NCBI GenBank assembly: GCA_044892525.1
Contig: CM097885.1
Coordinates: 37,264,001 to 37,328,000 of the forward strand
Direction: 5' to 3'
DNA: 64,000 nt
Source: Schmidtea polychroa
Taxonomy: Eukaryota
Shown: positions 12,331-22,780 of the stretch, piece by piece
Position numbering within the stretch: position 1 is the stretch's first letter
Layout of the letters: the number at the start of each line of letters is the position of its first letter
Notes under the pieces: generated by a model
What the model saw: the letters and a program-made list of their open reading frames with translations, nothing else
The model's database searches: none
Told to the model about the DNA's origin: nothing
Position numbers and translations under genes: made by a program

Positions 12331-12548
12331 ATTTATATTAATGTGTCCAAGTAGTGTGAGGATGATGGGGGGAGGAGTCGAATAAGGAAAAATATCTCAG
12401 ATTTAAAATCATTGGCAAAGGCAATAGCTAAAATAAATAGAGACTGTCCATTTTTATTATTATTATTATTATTGTTATTATTATTGTTATTACTGTATGG
12501 TAAATTAGACTTATTATATACATGCAGATTCGAGGTCTAATCTAACTT

Positions 12549-12559
12549 AAAGGGGGAGA
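12549..12559 (+). promoter_or_regulatory. Polypurine tract preceding a 3' LTR
   Basis: TTCGAGGTCTAATC..TT AAAGGGGGAGA TA then TGTTGGGG, the typical Gypsy PPT-LTR junction. Confidence 0.75.
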
Positions 12560-13602
12560 TATGTTGGGGTTCAACAAGAGAGGCACAAAAATGAGGTGAA
12601 AATTGACAAAAACACCAAATTCAAAATAAAAATTTAAAGTACAAAATATTAATTAAAAATCAAAAAGTTTAAAAAAATGAATATTTTCTGGGGGAAACTG
12701 GTATGGGCGGATGCTAAATAATGAGACGAGTTCAGCTATAATAAAATAAAATCAATGGGGGGTCCCTAAAAAGTAGTGTGGTTATATACCCAACCAAAAC
12801 AGCCCCCCAACAAAAACATGCCTCCAAATCACTTAAGCTATTAGAAAAACAACCTAAAACTTATACTTTTATAGTATTTTAGCCCTATATTTTGAAAACA
12901 ACCACCCTTAATGACTCTAACTGTTTTAATCTTTAAAGCCTCAAACTCAAAAGCTTCAAACTAAAAAGAGAATAGAAAAGAAAATGGCATTATGAAAAAG
13001 TTAGAGGGCTATTTGATCTTTATCAGATTATTGATTTTAAATTATATAAATTAAAAAATAAATGAAAAATAGTAAAACTGCTCTGAGGGGACAGTGGTAT
13101 TTTTTTTTTTTTTTCACTGTCCCCTCAACAGTTTTTTTTGATCCGGATCATTTTTTTTATTTATCAACCTCTTTCGTTTATCGAATCTCTTCCAATATAC
13201 AAGCTGGCCAGACTCATACATCAGAATCAATCCGATAATAGCAGCACACCTTATTATTCGCTTCTCGCTCGAATACGATTTCATCGGCGTTTTAAGTGTG
13301 CTGCTCGAAAGTACAAATGAATTCGAAAGCGAATTCGAAAGAGGTCCGAAAACAACTGAGAAATAAATGTGCACATTACCGGGATCGATCCGGGGGTGTT
13401 CGAAAGACAGGTGGCGATAATTACCGGTTCGCCACCATCACCCGTTTCAATATTTTTTTTTTCATATTTATGTTTAAAAAATAATTAATTAATAAATAAA
13501 ATAAAATAAATAAAATAAAATAAAATATAAATCTAAGATACCCACACTATTTTCAATATTATTTTCAAATTTTTAATATTATTTTATGTTGAAAAAAAAC
13601 TA

Positions 13603-13674
13603 ACCTCAGATGTGATTTGAACCACTATCCATTTGAACCACTGTGCCAGTCTATTCCCACTGCGCCATCATGGT
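13603..13674 (-). ncRNA. tRNA-like Pol III cassette (type B, left arm)
   Basis: Reverse complement of 30968-31039: A box TGGCGCAGTGG at position 8, B box GGTTCAAATC, T8 terminator. Confidence 0.6.
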
Positions 13675-13836
13675 TTGAATTTTTGTCATTTTTTTAATTT
13701 TTAATTTATAAAAAAATAAAATAAAATAAAATAAATAAAATAAAATATACAAGTACTTTATAAATATAAGATACCCACACTATTTTCAATATTATTTTCA
13801 AATTTTTAATATTATTTTATGTTGAAAAAAAAACTA

Positions 13837-13907
13837 ACCTCAGATGTGATTTGAACCGCTAGCATTTTGAACCACTGTGTCAGTCTAGCCCACTGCGCCA
13901 TCAAGGT
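13837..13907 (-). ncRNA. tRNA-like Pol III cassette (type A, left arm)
   Basis: Reverse complement of 30735-30805: A box, B box, terminal stem, T9 terminator. Confidence 0.6.
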
Positions 13908-13974
13908 TTGGATTTTTTGTCATTTTTTAAATTTTTATTATAAAAAATGAATAATATAAATCTTAAAAAATAAA

Positions 13975-16900
13975 ATGAAAACAGGGTATCCAATAAAAAA
14001 TTTTTTTCTAAAAATGAATTGTAATATTTGCAATAAAGTTTTTAAAAATAAAACTGGATTAATTTCTCACTTAAAATCGAAAGCTCATTTATTAAAAGAA
14101 AATAATCTTAATGATACAAATTCAAAACTTTGTCTTAAATGTAAAGGAAGATTTCTACATTCTGGATATAATAAACATTTTGAAAATTGTATCGGGAAAA
14201 ATAGAGAAATATTTACATGTTCTCACTGTAACTTTTCAACAAAAGTAAATTTCTATTATTTAGAACATATAAAAGAATGTAAAAATAAAAAACAAAATTC
14301 TGACGATGAGGAATGTCATTCAGAAGGAGAACCTGATCATGTTGAAAGAGAAAAATATAACTGGGATAATTTTAATCATATAGATGAATTTCAATTAAAA
14401 ATTAATGGGCCTGCAACTCCTGGAGAATATATAAATAAAAATAAAAAAAATATTAAAAATTCTTTCACTGAAGCTTTAAAAAATTATAAACCGACAAGGT
14501 ATAATGTTATAAAATATAAAATTATAATCAAAGCAAAATACTGGCGAGGAGCAGAAGAAAAGACAACACCCTTAGATGTTGAAATTGGAATACCTTTTAA
14601 ATATTTATTTTCAATTAAAGGATTTGATAAAACCATCAAAGAAATAATTAAAGCAGCAGAAGCAAAACAAGAGGAAGTAGAAAATGAATTAGGAGATTCA
14701 AACTTAGTATTCAACTCTTTCCAAACTTTAGTGATTGATTATTGGAGAGGATTACCACCCAATCCTAAATCTTATTCCTACACCCTTTAAATCTAAAAAT
14801 GTTATAAATGTACAGAATAATGATAACAAATGTTTCATCTGGTCAATACTTGCACATTTACATCCTCAAGCAACAAATCCCCAAAGAGTTTCAAAATACA
14901 AACAATATGAAAATGAATTAATATTTCCCAAAGGATTCAAACACCCAATGAAACTAGAAGACATTCCAGAATTTGAAAAATTAAATAATCTTAAACTTAA
15001 TATTTATGAACATGTTATAGGGAAAGAAATTATTCCAATTTATATTTCAGATAGTGGAACCAAGGATAACGGAGCACAGGACAACGAGATATATCTTTTA
15101 ATCTTGGAACAACAAAATAATCAACATTATGTTTTAATAAAAAACTTTCAAGCTTTTACATCTCCAGAGAATCCAACTAGTGGAGGAGGAACATGTAAAA
15201 GATGTCTTCATTATTCAACAACTAAAAACTCTATGATTAAACATACAAGATTTTGTGAAAAAGATGATCCAGCTTTAATTAAAATGCCTAATAGTCCCAA
15301 GATGTATTTTAAAAACTTTTCAAATTTACTACAAACAGTTGGAGTTCTTTATGGTGACTTTGAATCTATAAACCATAAACAAGATTTGGTTTATCAATAT
15401 TTAAAAATAATAGAAAAAAATAAACTCATGGATTTATGGAACTCCTCAGGAGAGAAGATGAAACCAGAGAGGATGAAAGCCTTTCTAAGAAAAAGAAATA
15501 AACCTAATAGTGTTAAAAAAACTTTAACAATTACCATCTGCTTATAAATTATTATTTAAAAGTAATTATCCTGAACTCATAGAATCTAGAGAATATTCAA
15601 TTCTAGGAGGTACCCCTGAAGAAGTCTTGAATCATTTTACTAAAAATATAAATGATCTAGAACATGAAATATTTAAAATATTAAAAACAAAGTATCCTCA
15701 AAATATTTCTAATCAACAACAAGAATATGAAAATACTTCCAACTGTTGGATGTGTAAACAGAATATTCTTCCTGATGAAAAAGTTATAGATCATGATCAT
15801 TTAAAAAAGGAAAATAATTATCGAGGAGCAGCTCATAAAAATTGCAATCTTAATTGCCATACTCCTAAATTTATACCTGTTATATTTCATAATCTTTTTG
15901 GATATGACATACATCTATTTATTAAACACCTCGCAGCAAATGCTAAAAACTCTTTCAAAGTTATCGGCTTAACAAAGGAAAAATATAAATCAATTGAATA
16001 TGGAAAATTAAAATTTATAGACTCGTTAAACTTTCTCCAAATGTCTTTAGATGCAGTAGCAAAAACAATGAAACCAGAAAATTTTAAAATCACTCGAGAA
16101 TTCTTGGAAAAAAATAATATTCCTCTAGAAGAATATCCTACATGTTTAGCAAAAGGAATATATCCTTATGACTATGTTGACTCGTTTGAAAGATATAATG
16201 AAACAAGTCTTCCTAGCCAAGAAGATTTCTATTCACAACTTCAAAAAAATCATATTACAAATCAAGAATATTCTCGAGCAAATAAAATGTGGGAATTATT
16301 CAAGTGTAAAACTTTAGGAGAATATACAAGTATGTATTTATCCTTGGATGTTTATATTCTAGCAGATTGCTTTGAAGAATTTACAAAATCTTTTGTTCTT
16401 AAACCTTATAATTATATAACTGCACCCTCTTTAGCTTGGGATACTATGTTATATACCATTTGGACTTCAAATATAGAAGAAGGTGATAAAATTATAGATC
16501 TTTTAACTAACCTCGATATGTTTAACCAAATTAAAACAAACATTAGAGGAGGAGTCTCTTCAGTAATGGGGAATAGAGAAATAAAAGCTAGAAATGCAAT
16601 AACTACTAGCCGAAGACTATCTAAACACCCTGATGATCCATATATGAAAATTAACAATGAGGAATTAAAAGAATTATTAGAAACAATGAAAAATCCTATA
16701 TTTATACTTTATATAGATGCAACAGCTTTATATTCAGGAATTATGACTCAATTTTTACCAATGGGTGATTTCACTGAAATAGAGAACCCAACAGATGACC
16801 TTATGAAAGAAATACTTTCAACATCGAAAGATTCTCCAATAGGTTACTTTATAGAATGCGACCTCGACTATCCAGATGATATAAAATCAGGAACAAGATA

Positions 16901-18290
16901 TTTTCCTTTAGCTCCCATAAGAAGAAAGATTGATATCAACGAACTTTCTGAATGGCAAATCTCACAAGATAAACCTCCAACAATGAAACTTCTTTGTGAT
17001 CAAACAGATCGAAGGTTTTATCTTTGTCACTATAGACTCCTCCAATTTTATCTTTCACGAGGAATGATATTAAAAAAAGTTCATAGTGTCATAAGATTTA
17101 AACAAGCTCCATTCATGAAAGCTTTTATCGAGGAGAACATTAGGTGCCGAAACATTGCAAAAAGAGAAGGTAATCTTTTTAAAGATAATAATTATAAAAT
17201 TTTAAACAATTCAGTCTTTGGGAAAACAATGGAGAATGTTGATAAATATACTCATATTGAACTCCTAACAAATACTACCAAAGATATTAAGCGTTATAAT
17301 CGCATGCTAGGAAAGCCTACATTTAAAAACGCACAAGTATTTTCTGAAAATCTTACTGCAGTAGAATTAAAAAATTATGAGAAAACATATAACAAACCAA
17401 TATTTATAGGGTTTACAATTTTAGAACTTTCAAAATTACAAATGTATGAAACATATTATAACATCTTACAACCTATATACGGAGCAAATATATCAATGCA
17501 TGCAATGGATACAGATTCAATGTTTTTAACAATAAGAACTCATGATTTACAAAAAGATATGAAAGAAAATCCTATACTTTCAAATTTAATAAATTCATCT
17601 GGAGAACTATTTTCGTTTAAAGATGAAAAACCTTTTACTCCTATAGAAAATGGAATATTTATTCGTGCTAAACAATATTCATACGAAACATTTAGAAACC
17701 CTGAATTTATAACTAGATCATTTATATTTAAAACTCCAGAAACAGAAGAAACCATTACACATAGATATCCTATATTTCCTAAAGAAGAAAAACCTGTAAA
17801 GGATAACAGATGTAAAGGAATACAGAGAGTGGTGGCAAAGAATCTTTCTCATCAAGATTATATAGATACATTGAATCCAAATCATAAAGATAAAATTGAT
17901 GAAATACATCAACTTAAAAGTGAAAACCATGATATTCACTTGATAGAATCTCAAAAAGTATCATTATCAAATTATGATGATAAGAGATTCATACTAAGTG
18001 ATTTAAAGACAACTCTACCTATTGGAAATAATTTAATCCCTATAATAAAAAATCTAGAAAAGTTGAATAAGTTATATGATACAAAAATTACTGATCTTGA
18101 TATTTATAATGTTGAAATTATTTATCCCGAGAGAGAAATCGAGAAACCTTTATATTCTCAAGTTTTTAATCCTATATGTTTAGAACTTAAATATTTTAAT
18201 ACTGATCCTGAATATATAAAAGGTCTAAGTGATAAAGAATTTAAAGATCATAAATTAATGATTCATAGGTTGGCTTTCAACCATAACTGA
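13975..18290 (+). pseudogene. polB: Protein-primed family B DNA polymerase with N-terminal C2H2 fingers and endonuclease VII-like insert; two frameshifts
   Basis: ORFs 13975..14790, 14735..15547 and 15627..18290 join at ~14775 (SY[I]PTP) and ~15527. Motifs NVQNNDNKCF.W, YGDFES, CxxC..DHDH..YRGAAH..CN, HNLFGYD, KGIYPYDY, YIDATALY, KILNNSVFGK, DTDS, YDDKR. Confidence 0.95.
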
Positions 18291-18384
18291 AACCAACGAT
18301 ATTTAATTTTTTAATAATAAAATGTCGACAATTAATTTAAGCAACTATAGCAACCTGATCTACTTTTTTAAAAATACACCCATT

Positions 18385-18981
18385 TTATAAGTAAGAATTC
18401 TTTAACCATTTTTCTCGAGATGTTTTTTTATTACTTATAACATTAGCCACCATGCCCTCCCTTTTTAATCTTATAACCTCATTCTTTATATCTTGTATTA
18501 TTTGATTTGATTTCATTATTTCTTCGTCTGTCAGGATTCCATCTTCCAAAGCTTTTAATTGAAATAAAAATAATTTAGAGATTCCTAATTCTATTGATAA
18601 ACAAACTTCTCTATATAAACTTTTCTTTTTAGAAGTATAAGATAATGAAACTATTTCAGTTAAGAAACCATCAGCCACAGAAATACTTCCAAGTATTACA
18701 GGTGCAAGAGTAACAACTGGTAAAGTTATGGGTAAAATAACTGTTAATATTGCAGATGCAAATCCTAAAGAATAACCTATAACTTTTAAAACTGTATTCC
18801 CTTTATTCCATCTATTTTTAATTTTTTTATAATGCTTTAATAAATCTTGTAAATGTAAGGTTTCTGATTTAAATTCTTTTACTCTCATAATTTCAAGTTC
18901 TGTGGGAGCCGAGGCCTTGGAAGAATAATATCCTGATGATCTCAATTCTGGGTAAATTTTTTCTTCTCTTACTTCTTCCAT
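18385..18981 (-). CDS. Polinton membrane-associated protein (coiled coil + hydrophobic hairpin)
   Basis: 198 aa; hydrophobic VLKVIGYSLGFASAILTVILPITLPVVTLAPVILGSISVA; N-terminal IYPEL and ASAP motifs. Confidence 0.7.
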   Translation of the reverse strand: MEEVREEKIYPELRSSGYYSSKASAPTELEIMRVKEFKSETLHLQDLLKHYKKIKNRWNKGNTVLKVIGYSLGFASAILTVILPITLPVVTLAPVILGSISVADGFLTEIVSLSYTSKKKSLYREVCLSIELGISKLFLFQLKALEDGILTDEEIMKSNQIIQDIKNEVIRLKREGMVANVISNKKTSREKWLKNSYL

Positions 18982-18989
18982 TTTAATAA

Positions 18990-20000
18990 TTAAAAAAATA
19001 AGACTTTATTCTTCTGAGCACCATCTGGCACCAATACTCGGATATCAAAAGAAACTCTTGTTGAGAGGATATCTTTATACAATTCTCTCAATGTTTTACG
19101 AACTTCATCAACATCAACCTTTTTTTCATAAAATATTTAATCTATATATTGTACAAGTGAACTAGAAAAATGAATATTCTTACTTTTAACTTTATGTAGT
19201 CCATGTGAATGAGTATTAACATACCAATCTCCGTGTGGTAAATCATAACTAGTCATTATAACATCACCCTTTTCAAGCTTACTATTATAATCACATTTCA
19301 CAAACCATTTCATTCTTTCATTATCATCATCAAACAAAAAGAAATAAGGATCAATAATTTTTACAACCATAAAAACACCCCATTCTTTACTGTTTGTTGT
19401 TATTAAACTTGGTTCTATAAAATGTTTATATGTATGGGGTAATAATGTTTTATTCTGTTCTAATTCAGCAGCTCTTTTTCTAATACTATGTGTGGTGTTA
19501 ATGTGTGTTCCATGAGACTCTAAATTTGAAATTCTTTTATTAAATGATGTAATCATCTCATTTATTATTTTATATATTGTATTAAATTTAGTATTCATAA
19601 TTTGTTTATCTTTAGAATTTAATATAGCAGTATTTAACTTTACAACTTGTTCAGTTAACAGACTTTGTAACTTGTCAAATTAATCATTAAATCGTTGTTC
19701 GATATTATTAAGCTTTGATTCCATTGAATCAATTTTTGTTGTTAATGAACTTTCAATTCTTGTTGTTGTTAAATCAGTATATTTTTTAACACCATCTACA
19801 TATTTCTTATTAACTGCATCAGCTTCATCAGTTGGAAAAGATAATTCTTTTATCTTGTGTCCATTTAAAATTAAATCACCCTTCATTGAATCACCTCTTT
19901 CATTAATATATTTATTTTCTGTTAAAGTTAATATTTCTTCTGTATTAAACCCTGTTTTTATTGTTCCACCACCTCTATTACATGGAATATAAGAACTCAT
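18990..20000 (-). pseudogene. Fibre-like protein (~336 codons) with two in-frame TAA stops
   Basis: GDSMKGDLILNGHKIKELSFPTDEADAVNKKYVD fibre-type repeat followed by coiled coil. ORFs 19680..20000 and 19137..19598 share a frame that continues to TAA at 18990-18992, just before the next gene. Confidence 0.65.
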
Positions 20001-20024
20001 TTATTAATAATTTAAAATGAATCT

Positions 20025-20789
20025 TCAAACCTGTTTCAAATGTAAATACATTGAAATCTCTTCTCCATTAAAATCAATCAATTCTCCTTCTTGATTAAGA
20101 ATTTTAAAATTAATATCCATTATATATTTTCTACATAAAGGTAAATAATTTGGAGGATTCATTCTTTCAACTATTTTATATCCCATAGGAACTGTGTTTG
20201 AGGGAAAGGAATATAAAACATTTGTTTGTTTACCATTATTATAAGAACCTGTTATACAATCGCAATGAATATTTATTGTGTTTGTATTTATTATTTTTAT
20301 AATATGTTCTGATGTTATTATTTTATCTTCTTTTATTGTTATATCCATAGGTTTAAATCCTAAAACTGTGTGAAAGAAACAATTATCTAAAAAACTAATT
20401 TTTATATTCTTCAAAGTCATTACACATTTTGAAGTTGGTATATCCATTTTAATTTTAATACCTTCATTTGTTTTTTTAGAAAGTATATCATTTAAATCTT
20501 TTATCTCATATGCCCCAGGTTCTATTGTTATAATTTCTGGTTTATGCCCATCACGAGTTTGAATAGTAAATTTATTATTATCTTTAGTTATATTAAAAAT
20601 ATTATTATAAGCACAAAACCATAATAGCCCCAATTCATAATTTAAATTTTGATCTAATTTAATTGAATCTTGAAAGTTTATAGTAAAGTCTGATTCTTTT
20701 GAAATTATAGATAAAGTTCTTGAATATTTATCTGACATTATGTTTACCATTTTTTTTAAATTATCTTCCGGAGGGTTGTGAAGCTCCAT
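20025..20789 (-). CDS. Minor capsid protein (penton, single jelly roll)
   Basis: DFTINF..I.L...YELGL, IEPGAY, INIHCD.I..SY.NG, LYSF, I..QEGELIDFNG...LHLK pattern typical of Polinton pentons. Confidence 0.8.
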   Translation of the reverse strand: MELHNPPEDNLKKMVNIMSDKYSRTLSIISKESDFTINFQDSIKLDQNLNYELGLLWFCAYNNIFNITKDNNKFTIQTRDGHKPEIITIEPGAYEIKDLNDILSKKTNEGIKIKMDIPTSKCVMTLKNIKISFLDNCFFHTVLGFKPMDITIKEDKIITSEHIIKIINTNTINIHCDCITGSYNNGKQTNVLYSFPSNTVPMGYKIVERMNPPNYLPLCRKYIMDINFKILNQEGELIDFNGEEISMYLHLKQV

Positions 20790-20837
20790 TTCTTTAGTAG
20801 TAAATTCATATAGTAAAAATCCTTATAGTAAAAATCC

Positions 20838-21302
20838 TTATAGTAGAGATTCTAGATCATTATAAATTTCTTGAATTATAGATTCAAAATCCTGCGTATG
20901 CCCCTTTCCCTCTCCCTTATTCAATCTATACAAAACATATAAACTTAAAATACCACATATTTTAGTATTCAAAGGTTGAACTTGTAAAGAGTTAAAAGTA
21001 TAACCATTTGGGGAATCAATCGGAGAACCCCTCAAGAGATAATCTTCAACTTCTTTAGTAGGTTTAATCCCAAAAGAATCAAAGTAGATAGATTTCTTAT
21101 ATATACAAACCCAATGAGATCCTTTTTCATTTGAATTTTGATAATTGATTATTATATTCAGGGGACTCTCCAGACTTGATAATTCATCATTCATTAATAT
21201 TTTAATTTTTAAATTTAAATAATTTGCATAATCTTTTAAATCAAAATTTGTTTTTGCATTTATTCCAAATGTTTTTAAAAAATCTAATATTGAAGGAGTC
21301 AT
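20838..21302 (-). CDS. Adenain-like cysteine protease
   Basis: IIN...GSHWVC, YFDSFG, QVQ...CG catalytic H/D/Q/C. Confidence 0.92.
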   Translation of the reverse strand: MTPSILDFLKTFGINAKTNFDLKDYANYLNLKIKILMNDELSSLESPLNIIINYQNSNEKGSHWVCIYKKSIYFDSFGIKPTKEVEDYLLRGSPIDSPNGYTFNSLQVQPLNTKICGILSLYVLYRLNKGEGKGHTQDFESIIQEIYNDLESLL

Positions 21303-21324
21303 TTTGTATTTTAAAACTTCGTAT

Positions 21325-22164
21325 TTATAACTTCGTATACTTATTAAATTTATCTTTTGAAATTATTCCTTGTCCTGCTTTCCTTGCAGCTAATAGTTTT
21401 CTTAATTCAATAAAAAGATTGATGGGATTTGGTTTACCACCTTCACTAATTAATCCCTCTCCCTCTGTAACAACATAACCCTTTTCATTTTTATTTAAAT
21501 AATTCTTTAAATCTTGAATATATTTTGCTTTAGAACTAGCTCTTATTAATTTTATTAAATTTAAATATTTTTTAATTTCTTCAACATCATCTGAAGAATA
21601 TCCACAAAGTAATCTATAAAAATCATCTGTAAATTCAAAGTCTAAATATTCATTATTATAAACATTTTGTGAATGAATACGTGATTTATTTTCTGAATTT
21701 GAATATAAAGTAAAGTTTTGTTTATTAATTGTTATTATTTGATATCCTTCAGTATTAGTATTAAATGTGGGTCTAATTGAAGGAGGTAAATCATCTCTAA
21801 TTTTAGGATCAACTTTAAGAGCTTTTGTTTTTAAAAACATTTCTTCTTCCACATTAGAAATTCTTCTGCGTTTTCTTTGATTTCTTTCAGAATGACTTTC
21901 AGGATGGTTTTCACTGGATTCTTTTTCTTTATCCTGCCACTCTAGTTCTTTTATTTTTTGTTTTTTATCTTCTAACTCTTTAAATTTTGCTTGCTCATTG
22001 AAATCTTCCAACTCTTTTATAGCTTTAATTGTTGGCCCCTGTTGTTGTGTTATTACCTCATTTAATATTATAGATTCAGCATGTTGAGTTGTATCTTTTT
22101 TATTATATTTATCTTGTTCTGATTGTAATTTTTTTAAAAGTGCTAATCTTTCTTCATATACCAT
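21325..22164 (-). CDS. Polinton hypothetical (putative core) protein, 279 aa
   Basis: Intact ORF tightly packed between protease and pX-like gene; coiled-coil N-terminus, basic RKRRR, GEGL motif. Confidence 0.6.
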   Translation of the reverse strand: MVYEERLALLKKLQSEQDKYNKKDTTQHAESIILNEVITQQQGPTIKAIKELEDFNEQAKFKELEDKKQKIKELEWQDKEKESSENHPESHSERNQRKRRRISNVEEEMFLKTKALKVDPKIRDDLPPSIRPTFNTNTEGYQIITINKQNFTLYSNSENKSRIHSQNVYNNEYLDFEFTDDFYRLLCGYSSDDVEEIKKYLNLIKLIRASSKAKYIQDLKNYLNKNEKGYVVTEGEGLISEGGKPNPINLFIELRKLLAARKAGQGIISKDKFNKYTKL

Positions 22165-22186
22165 TTTAATGGTATCAAAAATGGTA

Positions 22187-22765
22187 TCATAGTTCGACGG
22201 GCTTCAAGTATAATCCTTTACCATTTTTAGTTTTACAAAGGCATCCATTCTTTAAAGATTTACATATTTTTTTAAAATCTTCTTTATCTTTTGAAGATAA
22301 AGATTCAGATGTAGAAATTTGATTTTTTAAAAAATCATTTAAACCTCTACCTTTATAAGGATCAAGATAGAGACCTTTGCCCTGAGACTTTTGCCGACTC
22401 CCCTCATATGGATTAAGATAGAGACCCTTTCCAACGGACACTCCCCCTTTAGCTTGCCCTACCTTCTTCATTGAATCGATTTCAGTTTGTAGTTTTTCTT
22501 TTTCTAGGTCTGTCTTTTGAGATTCTTTAGCTTTTTGAACTGTAGTTGCAATTCCTCCAGCTATTCCAGCAGCACCTGATAAACCAGCAATGATTGCAGG
22601 TATTAAAGCAGCTAATGGAAGAATGCCACCTTCTTTAGCTTCGTGGAGCTTCGCTCTAACTTGTTCTTTTACATGTTTTCCAATAAAATATTTTTTACCA
22701 TCAATTACTACTGATTTATTTTTATTTGAATTTATTAATTCTTGCAAAGATTCTTCAGTTGTCAT
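22187..22765 (-). CDS. Adenovirus protein X (mu precursor)-like core/membrane-active protein
   Basis: EGG-ILPLAALIPAIIAGLSGAAGIAGGI resembles the pX C-terminal GG-ILPLLIPLIAAAIGA segment; repeated GKGLYL.P motifs. Confidence 0.7.
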   Translation of the reverse strand: MTTEESLQELINSNKNKSVVIDGKKYFIGKHVKEQVRAKLHEAKEGGILPLAALIPAIIAGLSGAAGIAGGIATTVQKAKESQKTDLEKEKLQTEIDSMKKVGQAKGGVSVGKGLYLNPYEGSRQKSQGKGLYLDPYKGRGLNDFLKNQISTSESLSSKDKEDFKKICKSLKNGCLCKTKNGKGLYLKPVEL

Positions 22766-22780
22766 TTTATAATAAACAAA

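Larger units (their letters stand above)
13490..13950. repeat. Two tandem ~233-bp units, each containing a tRNA-like cassette (mirrored at ~30690-31150)
   Basis: AGATACCCACACTATTTTCAATATT...TAACCTCAGATGTGATTTGAACC repeated at a 233-nt offset. Confidence 0.9.
12772..17926 (+). repeat. Left arm of ~5.16-kb inverted repeat
   Basis: Near-identical reverse complement of 26713-31871. The ORF track mirrors (13975..14790 vs 29852..30667, 14735..15547 vs 29095..29907). Identity ends at AAGTGAAAA (17926). Confidence 0.97.

Noticed and set aside
13114..13484. Small ORFs in the Polinton terminal region
   Set aside because: Short, overlapping, no motifs; the region is better explained as structured non-coding DNA.
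19995..20006. Poxvirus-like TAAATG late promoter at Polinton gene starts
   Set aside because: Most starts are simply AAAATG, the expected initiation context in an AT-rich genome.
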